DNA of 24,000 bases from Nesterenkonia alba DSM 19423 (GTDB lineage Bacteria; Actinomycetota; Actinomycetes; Actinomycetales; Micrococcaceae): contig NZ_ATXP01000001.1 in NCBI RefSeq assembly GCF_000421745.1, forward strand, positions 324,708 to 348,707. The letters run 5' to 3'. The position numbers were made by a program, and so were the translations under genes. The notes below the pieces were generated by a model that saw only the letters and a program-made list of their open reading frames with translations, did no database searches and was not told the origin of the DNA. Positions 6,703-13,454 of the stretch are shown here, piece by piece. The stretch's first letter is position 1. Each line of letters opens with the position of its first letter.

Positions 6703-7749
6703 ATGAGCCCTGTCCTGACCACCCGATCCGCGCCCACCGCCGTCACGGGCCTTGTGACAGCCCTCGCGCTGGTGTTGACCGCCTGCGGCACCGAGTCGAA
6801 CGCCGAACCCACCCTTGACGCCACCGAGGCTCCGGATGATGCCTTCACTCCCGTCACCATTGAGCACGCCCTGGGTGCAGCGGAGATCACCGAGCAACCT
6901 GAACGTGTGGTCACTCTCGGGCAGGGTTCGGCCGAGACCGCTATTGCCCTGGGAGTGACCCCGGTCGGGATCGAGGAGTACGCCTGGGGTGCCGATGACA
7001 GCGGATACCTGCCATGGATTTACGAAGAGGTCACCGACTTAGGCGAGGAGCTGCCCGAACAGTTCGACGGCGGCACGGAGCTCGACGTCGAAGCGATCCT
7101 TGAGCTCGACCCCGATGTGATCCTGGCCCCTTGGTCCGGCATCACCCAGGACCAGTACGACGTGCTAGCCGATATCGCACCTACGGTGGCTTACCCGGAA
7201 CTGCCCTGGACCATCACATGGGAAGAGCAGATTCACACCGTAGCCACTGCGCTAGGGTATGAAGACCGCGCCGAGGACCTCATCACTGAGATCGAGGCAG
7301 AGTTCGACGACGCCGGGGACCCCTCCTGGGAAGAGATCACCTTCTCCTTCATCTACAACGACGGCCCCGGCACTCTGGGTGTGTTCTTCCCCGATGAGCA
7401 ACGCGTGGCCATGGTGCGCAAAATCGGCTTAACGGTGGACCCCGTGGTCGAGGAACTCGACGAATATGAAGTCGAAGGCACTGATTCGGCCATGATCGGC
7501 CTTGAAAACGCAGACATGCTGGCCGACTCCGACCTCATCTTCACGTGGTATTCCGATGAGGCCAACCGGGAGGAGATCGAAGCCCAAGAGCTCTACGCCT
7601 CCATTCCTGCGATTGAGCGCGGTGCAGTGGTGGCCCCAGAGGACAATTCCTTGGTGACGGCGTCGTCGATCATCAACCCGCTGACCGTGCCGTGGGTCAT
7701 CGAACGCTATGAGCCGCTCATCGAAGAGGCCATTGAGAACATCGAGTAG
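6703..7749 (+). CDS. Iron-siderophore type ABC transporter substrate-binding lipoprotein (FecB/FepB-like)
   Basis: Signal peptide with lipobox LVLTAC-G. ERVVTLGQGSAETAIALGVTPVGI and DPDVILAPW are typical of the PBP type 2 (Peripla_BP_2) family. GGAGG RBS 6 nt upstream of the ATG. Followed by two FecCD permeases. Confidence 0.9.
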   Translation: MSPVLTTRSAPTAVTGLVTALALVLTACGTESNAEPTLDATEAPDDAFTPVTIEHALGAAEITEQPERVVTLGQGSAETAIALGVTPVGIEEYAWGADDSGYLPWIYEEVTDLGEELPEQFDGGTELDVEAILELDPDVILAPWSGITQDQYDVLADIAPTVAYPELPWTITWEEQIHTVATALGYEDRAEDLITEIEAEFDDAGDPSWEEITFSFIYNDGPGTLGVFFPDEQRVAMVRKIGLTVDPVVEELDEYEVEGTDSAMIGLENADMLADSDLIFTWYSDEANREEIEAQELYASIPAIERGAVVAPEDNSLVTASSIINPLTVPWVIERYEPLIEEAIENIE

Positions 7750-8770
7750 TCCTGCGGCTACCTCTGCAGGTTTCCGGCGCGCAGGGACGGGTTCACGTGT
7801 GCTGATGGTCGGCGCGGCTGTCGTGGTGCTGGCGTTGATGACTGTGGCCAGCCTGAGCCTGGGCAGTCGGGAGACTGATATCGCCCGCATGCTCGCTACC
7901 CTGACCGGGGACGAGGACCCTTTCATGCAGCAGGTGTTGGCCGCCCGGGTGCCGCGCACGGTGGTGGGAGCCACGGTGGGGGCGGCCTTGGCGGTGGCGG
8001 GGATGCTCATCCAGTCGGTGATGCGTAACCCCCTAGGAGAACCGGGCCTGCTTGGGGTCACCATGGGTGCCTCAGCCTCAGTGGTGACTGCTACGGCGTT
8101 CTTCGGGGTTAGCAGCGGGCTCGCGACGGTCCCGGCGGCCATCCCTGGGGCGGTGCTGGCGGTGACAGCGGTGCTGCTGCTGGGTCGGCAATCTGGCAGC
8201 ACATCGGTGATTCCGCTGGTGCTGGCCGGTGCCGTGGTCTCCGCGGTGCTGGGCGCCTATGTGCAGGCGATGATCCTCACTCGCCCGGAGGTCTTCGACT
8301 CCTATCGTCACTGGATGGTCGGATCCTTGGCCGGTGTGCGGTTCGAGACTCTCTGGACGGTGCTGCCGGCACTGATCCTCGGTGCGGTGTTGGCCTGGGC
8401 CATGACGGGATCCCTCAACGCCGTGGCGCTGGGTGAAGAGGTCGCCACCGGGCTGGGGGTTCGCGTGCAGTGGGTTCGACTGGCCGCCCTGACAGCCGCC
8501 ACCCTTCTGGCAGCGGCGGCTACTGCGGCCGTGGGGCCGATCGCCTTTGTGGGATTGGCCGTCCCGCACCTGGTGCGCGCTGCGGTGGGGACTGACCACC
8601 GGTGGCAATTGCCCATGGCCGTGCTGCTCGGGGCTGCATTACTACTGGGAGCCGACGTCGCAGCCCGGATCATCGCGCGCCCGCAGGAACTCATGGTCGG
8701 AGTGGTGACCGCTTTCGTGGGGGCGCCGTTTCTCCTAGCGGCTGTGCGCAGAGGCAGGGTGCGTGGATGA
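7709..8770 (+). CDS. FecCD-family iron-chelate ABC transporter permease
   Basis: Polytopic membrane protein with family motifs: RVPRTVVGATVGAALAVAGMLIQSVMRNPLGEPGLLGV, and GPIAFVGLAVPHLVRA near the C-terminus. Start uncertain: ATG 7709 (41-nt overlap with the SBP gene, keeps a basic N-terminus before TM1), TTG 7733 or GTG 7799. Confidence 0.85.
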   Translation: MSRSSKRPLRTSSSPAATSAGFRRAGTGSRVLMVGAAVVVLALMTVASLSLGSRETDIARMLATLTGDEDPFMQQVLAARVPRTVVGATVGAALAVAGMLIQSVMRNPLGEPGLLGVTMGASASVVTATAFFGVSSGLATVPAAIPGAVLAVTAVLLLGRQSGSTSVIPLVLAGAVVSAVLGAYVQAMILTRPEVFDSYRHWMVGSLAGVRFETLWTVLPALILGAVLAWAMTGSLNAVALGEEVATGLGVRVQWVRLAALTAATLLAAAATAAVGPIAFVGLAVPHLVRAAVGTDHRWQLPMAVLLGAALLLGADVAARIIARPQELMVGVVTAFVGAPFLLAAVRRGRVRG

Positions 8771-9873
8771 GCAGGGCACAGACGAGCAGGGCACAGATGA
8801 CCAAGGGTGTGCCGATGACGCCGGAGAGACCGACGACGACGCCGGCACACCCCGGGGTGCGGATTCTAAGGGTGGGGGAGCGGCTCACCCTACCGTGGCG
8901 TCCCCGCACTGTTGTGGTCGTCGTCGTGCTCCTTGTACTGATGGGGATACTGGCAGTGCTGACCCTGGCCTGGGGGCCGATGGGAACATCCCCGCATGAC
9001 CTCGCAGCAGCACTGCGGGGGGAGGCCGATGCCACCACCACGTTCGTCCTGGAGCGATTGCGCGGGCCCCGAATACTGACTGCCATCGGTGCCGGGATAG
9101 CTCTCGGGCTGGCGGGTGCCCTCTTCCAAAGTGTGACCCGGAACCCGTTGGGTAGTCCGGATGTCATCGGGCTGGGTGCTGGGGCAGGAGCCGGGGTCGC
9201 GGTGTCCACGCTGTGGTGGCCGGGGGTGTTCCCCGCACCGGTGGGAGCCGTCATCGGCGCCGGAGTCGCAGTGGGGATTGTCTGGTGGTCCACGGGTATG
9301 GGGTTCGGATCCCCTGCGCGGGTCATCATCACCGGCATCGGTGTCTTCGCCATGGCAACGGCGGTGACTCACTACGTGGTGGCCGTGGCGCTGCGGGACT
9401 CAGCTCATGATCTTGCCGCGTATCTGGTGGGGTCACTCGGCACCCGGAATATGCAGCATGTGGCGATCATCGGCGTCGGGCTCGTGGTGCTCATCCCGCT
9501 GGTGGTGATGCTCAGTCGGCGGCTCCTGGTGATGGACCTTGGTGATGATGTGGCCGAGACCCTGGGCGCGGGCGCCAGGACCACGCGCACCCAGGCGATT
9601 ATCCTGGCGGTTTTACTGGCGGCGGCTGCAGTATCTGTTGCCGGTCCGGTGGCTTTCGTCGCCCTGACGGCACCGCATATCGCCCGGAAGTTGAGTCGAG
9701 CGCCGGGACCGAATCTCACCCTGGCGGCGGTGACCGGTGCGCTCATCCTGGTCAGTGCTGACCTGCTGGCTCAGCAGGCACCTGGGCTGGCTGGGTTGCC
9801 GGTGGGGATCGTCACCGCGGCTGCCGGTGGGGTGTACCTCGGCTATTTGCTCGTGCTCGAGTGGCGCCGCTGA
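8767..9873 (+). CDS. FecCD-family iron-chelate ABC transporter permease (second subunit)
   Basis: ORF 8602..9873. Start placed at ATG 8767, which overlaps the upstream stop as ATGA (8767-8770). Motifs: RGPRILTAIGAGIALGLAGALFQSVTRNPLGSPDVIGL and GPVAFVALTAPHIARK. Confidence 0.85.
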   Translation: MSRAQTSRAQMTKGVPMTPERPTTTPAHPGVRILRVGERLTLPWRPRTVVVVVVLLVLMGILAVLTLAWGPMGTSPHDLAAALRGEADATTTFVLERLRGPRILTAIGAGIALGLAGALFQSVTRNPLGSPDVIGLGAGAGAGVAVSTLWWPGVFPAPVGAVIGAGVAVGIVWWSTGMGFGSPARVIITGIGVFAMATAVTHYVVAVALRDSAHDLAAYLVGSLGTRNMQHVAIIGVGLVVLIPLVVMLSRRLLVMDLGDDVAETLGAGARTTRTQAIILAVLLAAAAVSVAGPVAFVALTAPHIARKLSRAPGPNLTLAAVTGALILVSADLLAQQAPGLAGLPVGIVTAAAGGVYLGYLLVLEWRR

Positions 9874-10373
9874 ACCACCTGGGCCTTGTGCTGCGCCCAC
9901 CGCTCGGGCAGCCGCATGTGTTCGGTGATCCACTCCATGTAGGCATGCATGTACCGGAGGCGCTCGTGGGCCGGGCTGTTCTCGTCAACCGCTTGGAGCG
10001 CCTCAGCGGCCAGTTGACGCTGTGACTGCAGGTAGGCCTGGTGGTGGTGGAGGAACCCACCCCAGACGTCGGCGTCCATCACGTGGTAGTCGGTACGGTC
10101 CCCGGGTTTGCGGTACCGGCGGACGAAGCCGGCATCGACGAGTTTCCGCGTGTAGGTGGAGACCGCACCCCGGCTTAACCCCAGGGCTGCGGAGATCTCT
10201 CCGGCGGTGGCGCCGTCGGACTCATCAACCAGCAAGTAGGCGGCGATGAGCCCCTCCACGCGGGGGCCTCCTTCGGAGGTCCAATACTCGGCGAAGCGTT
10301 GGATGAATTGCTCGCGAAAGGGATCACCGTCCCGGCGGGGTGCTGCATCCTGATCTGACACGTCTGCGCCCAC
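9843..10373 (-). CDS. GbsR/MarR-like winged-helix transcriptional regulator
   Basis: 176 aa. FIQRFAEYWTSEGGPRVEGLIAAYLLV...TAGEISAALGLSRGAVSTYTRKLVDAGFVRRYRKPGDRTDYHVM fits the GbsR-type wHTH pattern. GTG start is 8 nt after the PMM stop, so it is probably co-transcribed. Confidence 0.7.
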   Translation of the reverse strand: MGADVSDQDAAPRRDGDPFREQFIQRFAEYWTSEGGPRVEGLIAAYLLVDESDGATAGEISAALGLSRGAVSTYTRKLVDAGFVRRYRKPGDRTDYHVMDADVWGGFLHHHQAYLQSQRQLAAEALQAVDENSPAHERLRYMHAYMEWITEHMRLPERWAQHKAQVVQRRHSSTSK

Positions 10374-10381
10374 CGTGGTTC

Positions 10382-11869
10382 TTACTCGCCCCGAACAATG
10401 GCGAGCACCTCATCCCGGACTGCTTCCATCAGCTCGCGGGTGTGGGCCTCACCGTTGAAGCGCAGCAAGGGTTCGGTGTTCGAGGCCCGCAGGTTGAACC
10501 ACCACGTGCCGTCTTCGGCACTGATGGTGATCCCGTCCATGGTCTCTACGGTGACATCAGCATCGGCCAGGGGGGAGCGGGGATCTTTCAGTTCGGTAGC
10601 GTCCACCACGCCGGAGGGTCCGGAGGTGGCGTTTTCGTCACCACCGGCGGCGAAGACCGCCAAGACCCGGTGCACTGCGGCCTCCTTGTTCGCCACCGTG
10701 GAGTTGATCTCCCCGGAGGCGAAGTACGGGTTGAACTCCCGGGCCAGCTCAGACAGCGGCTGGTCCTGTTCCCCCAGGGCGGCCAGCACGTGCATTGCTG
10801 CGAGCATCCCAGTGTCGGCGTTGAAGAAATCCCGGAAGTAGTAGTGGGCGGAGTGCTCCCCACCGAAGACCGCGGACTCCGCGGCCATCACCGCCTTGAT
10901 ATAGGAATGCCCCACACGGGTAACGACCGGGCGCCCGCCTTCGCGTTCGACCAGCTCCGGCACCGCCCGGGAGGTAATGAGGTTGTGGATGATGACCGGA
11001 GTCTTATCCCCGGCGGCCTTGGCGCGGGCGATCTCCCGACGGGCCACCAGTGCGGTCACCGCTGAAGGGGACACAGGCTCACCCCGCTCATCGATGACGA
11101 AGCAACGGTCGGCGTCGCCGTCGAACGCTAATCCAATATCCGCACCGTGTTCGCGCACTGCACGCTGCAGATCCTGCAGGTTCTCTGGCTCCAAGGGGTT
11201 GGCTGGGTGGTTGGGGAAGGTGCCGTCGAGTTCGAAGTACAGCGGCACCAGCTCCACCGGCAGAGTCTCGAGTACGGCATCACCGAGCACTGCGGGGGTG
11301 GTTTTGCCGGCCATGCCGTTGGCGGCGTCGACGACTACTTTCAGCGGGCGGATGCCGCGCAAGTCCACCAGGGAATGTAAGTACCGGGCATAGTCGGCCA
11401 GGAGGTTCTCGGCGGTCACCGTGGTCGGGGTGCCGGTGGAGGGGATCTCTCGGTTGTCCAGGTGAGCCTGAGCGACCACGCGGATATCGTCGAGACCGGT
11501 GTCGGCCGAGAGCGGCACCGCCCCGGGTTTGGACATCTTGATCCCGTTGTACTGGGCCGGGTTGTGGCTGGCGGTGAAGACCACCCCGGCAGCGTGCCGC
11601 GTGCCGGAGGCGAAGTACAGCATGTCGGTGGAGATCTCACCGAGCTGGGTGACATTGGCTCCCCGGGCGGTCGCACCCTCCGTGAAGGCTTCGATGAATT
11701 CGGCTGAGGAGGGACGCATGTCCCCACCGACGAGGACCTGCTGGCCGGTCAGGCGCAGCACATCGACGAAGGCTGCCCCCACTGCTCGCACGGATTCGGC
11801 GGTGATGGTCTCCCCGACGACCCCGCGGACATCGTAGGCCTTGAAGGATTCGCTCAGATCAATGGTCAC
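10382..11869 (-). CDS. Phosphomannomutase/phosphoglucomutase (alpha-D-phosphohexomutase family)
   Basis: Active-site loop TASHNPAQYNGIKM (phosphoserine), metal loop FDGDADRCF, sugar-binding GGEHSAHYYF, and C-terminal RASNTEPLLR. GTG start has AGGA 8 nt upstream. Confidence 0.9.
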   Translation of the reverse strand: MTIDLSESFKAYDVRGVVGETITAESVRAVGAAFVDVLRLTGQQVLVGGDMRPSSAEFIEAFTEGATARGANVTQLGEISTDMLYFASGTRHAAGVVFTASHNPAQYNGIKMSKPGAVPLSADTGLDDIRVVAQAHLDNREIPSTGTPTTVTAENLLADYARYLHSLVDLRGIRPLKVVVDAANGMAGKTTPAVLGDAVLETLPVELVPLYFELDGTFPNHPANPLEPENLQDLQRAVREHGADIGLAFDGDADRCFVIDERGEPVSPSAVTALVARREIARAKAAGDKTPVIIHNLITSRAVPELVEREGGRPVVTRVGHSYIKAVMAAESAVFGGEHSAHYYFRDFFNADTGMLAAMHVLAALGEQDQPLSELAREFNPYFASGEINSTVANKEAAVHRVLAVFAAGGDENATSGPSGVVDATELKDPRSPLADADVTVETMDGITISAEDGTWWFNLRASNTEPLLRFNGEAHTRELMEAVRDEVLAIVRGE

Positions 11870-11905
11870 AGGTTCATCCTATGGGAGCCCGCCGGTGCTC
11901 TCCCG

Positions 11906-11911
11906 TAGACT
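11906..11911 (+). promoter_or_regulatory. -10-like TAGACT placed for a leaderless transcript of the 11919 CDS
   Basis: TAGACT ends 7 nt before ATG 11919, and no SD is present. The divergent intergenic space to the PMM gene is only 49 bp. Confidence 0.35.
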
Positions 11912-11918
11912 GGCCCTC

Positions 11919-12746
11919 ATGGTCGAGATCCTCCTGGTGGTCGCCCTCGGCGTCGGGCTGTTCTTGGGGCTGCGCGCGCTCGCGCAGCGGCAGGGCCGTA
12001 AGGTCCATGAACGCCTGCGGGCCGAAGTCACCCCGGAGATGGCCCGCAAAGCGGTGCTTGCCCTCGACGATGAGCAGCACAAGGCGGTCTACCAGCACAT
12101 TGCCGCAGGCCGAGGGCGTGAAGCCATGGTGACGTTCAAGGAGGCCACCGGGGCACCGCTGCGGGACTGCGTGCTAGCCATTCAGGCGCTGAATGAGTAT
12201 CCGCAGCCTTCGCCGTCGCAGATTCGGTTTGAGCAGGACTTCGACTTGCACCGCGGTGAGGATGAGGTGGACGACGAGTACGTTGAGGACCTGGTCGATG
12301 AGGTCCGCGACGACGCCGATGACGCCCCGCTGGCGGATGAACCGGTTGCTGAGGCGGATCCGAACACCGGTGAGATCCTGGGGGAGAACACGGAGAACAT
12401 CCCGGACATCCCTGGGGGAGAGAAGCCGGGAGCAGACGACGACGTCGACGCCAAGGCTGAGGAGCTGATGCGCGCCTCCGGGTTCGATCCGGATGCCGAG
12501 CTGACGATTCCTGAAGAGTGGGCTGCTGAGGATGAGGAACCCGCCGGGTTCCACCTGGAGGTCCAGCGCGGGGAGGAGAAAATCACCCTCTCCCACGAGG
12601 ACCTCGAACCCTGGGTGCACGACCAGCTCTATGCCCTGCTGCGCGACGACCACGTCGATGAGGCGTCCCAGCTGTTGGCAGACCACTCCCCGCTGACTCG
12701 GGAAGAAGCCCACCGCTTCCTCGTGGTTTTCAAGAACCAGAGCTAA
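11919..12746 (+). CDS. Hypothetical membrane-anchored, highly acidic protein
   Basis: ORF 11841..12746. The start is moved to ATG 11919 to avoid overlapping the PMM start. One N-terminal TM segment (MVEILLVVALGVGLFLGLRAL) is followed by a long D/E-rich region. No family recognised. Confidence 0.55.
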   Translation: MVEILLVVALGVGLFLGLRALAQRQGRKVHERLRAEVTPEMARKAVLALDDEQHKAVYQHIAAGRGREAMVTFKEATGAPLRDCVLAIQALNEYPQPSPSQIRFEQDFDLHRGEDEVDDEYVEDLVDEVRDDADDAPLADEPVAEADPNTGEILGENTENIPDIPGGEKPGADDDVDAKAEELMRASGFDPDAELTIPEEWAAEDEEPAGFHLEVQRGEEKITLSHEDLEPWVHDQLYALLRDDHVDEASQLLADHSPLTREEAHRFLVVFKNQS

Positions 12747-12763
12747 CAAAACGAAACATGCGG

Positions 12764-12849
12764 CGGTGCGGGTGGGATTCGAACCCACGGTAGGGGTTGC
12801 CTACAACGGTTTTCAAGACCGTCACCTTCGGCCGCTCGGTCACCGCACC
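12764..12849 (-). tRNA. tRNA-Ser (anticodon TGA), class II with long variable arm, CCA not encoded
   Basis: The reverse complement folds with acceptor GGTGCGG/CCGCACC, anticodon arm ACGGT-CTTGAAA-ACCGT (TGA), variable arm GTAGG-CAACC-CCTAC, T arm GTGGG-TTCGAAT-CCCAC and discriminator G. Confidence 0.93.
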
Positions 12850-12946
12850 AGGAGCCGACGACGCCGGCAGCGGCGCCTTCAGTTCCGGCACTCCACTATA
12901 CGTGAGGTCAGGTCAACGTACCCACGCCCGGTAGACTTCCTCCACT

Positions 12947-13411
12947 ATGGGGATCGTCACGGAACTGTTCGGACGGCGCAGACGCGCCCGCCGGAAGGAG
13001 AAAGACCTCGGCACCGGACTCTGGCGCCAAGCCCACGACCGGTACGAGCGTGGCCTCGACCGCTACCACCAGATTCTCGAAGGTGTCGCCGAAAACGACA
13101 TACACAACCAACTGGTGGCCATCGGTGACCAGCTGGCCGAACAACTGCCCACCGTCTACGACCTCTGCAAAGCCGCCCACCAGCGCTTCCCCGCCGAGGG
13201 CATGAACATCCCCGGGGCAGCGCGGGAACTACACTCCTGCCTCACACGTGCGGCCAACCACCTAGCCACCACCGCCGAGGCCGAAGCCATGGTCCGGCTG
13301 CACCACTCCGAGGTGCCTGCTGTGCGGCGTCGTGCCGATCAAGTGCTGGCCTGCCTCCAGGACGCCGAACGAGCCCTCGCCGAAGCGCAGACCACACAAC
13401 ACACCGACTGA
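12947..13411 (+). CDS. Hypothetical protein (helical, basic N-terminus)
   Basis: 154-aa ORF with no competing ORF and host-like G+C composition. GTAGACT (-10-like) lies at 12931-12937, 9 nt upstream of the ATG. No domain recognised. Confidence 0.5.
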   Translation: MGIVTELFGRRRRARRKEKDLGTGLWRQAHDRYERGLDRYHQILEGVAENDIHNQLVAIGDQLAEQLPTVYDLCKAAHQRFPAEGMNIPGAARELHSCLTRAANHLATTAEAEAMVRLHHSEVPAVRRRADQVLACLQDAERALAEAQTTQHTD

Positions 13412-13454
13412 TCCCGCGCTACCCGCACCCCGGTGCGAGCAGCCACCATCCAGG

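Noticed and set aside
7429-9353. Several 160-257-aa minus-strand ORFs across the SBP/permease genes (7429..8202, 8078..8608, 8308..8850, 8691..9353, 8890..9372)
   Set aside because: They are antisense to FecCD permeases that have clear family motifs. Their composition is typical of GC-rich shadow ORFs.
10340-11065. 241-aa plus-strand ORF, and other ORFs opposite the PMM gene
   Set aside because: They are antisense to a phosphohexomutase with all four catalytic loops present, and show no recognisable features.
12174-12788. 204-aa minus-strand ORF opposite the acidic hypothetical protein
   Set aside because: It extends into tRNA-Ser and mirrors the D/E-rich codons as an L/V/R-rich shadow frame. 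The plus-strand ORF has a TM anchor and a plausible promoter, so it is preferred, though neither has homology support that I can verify.
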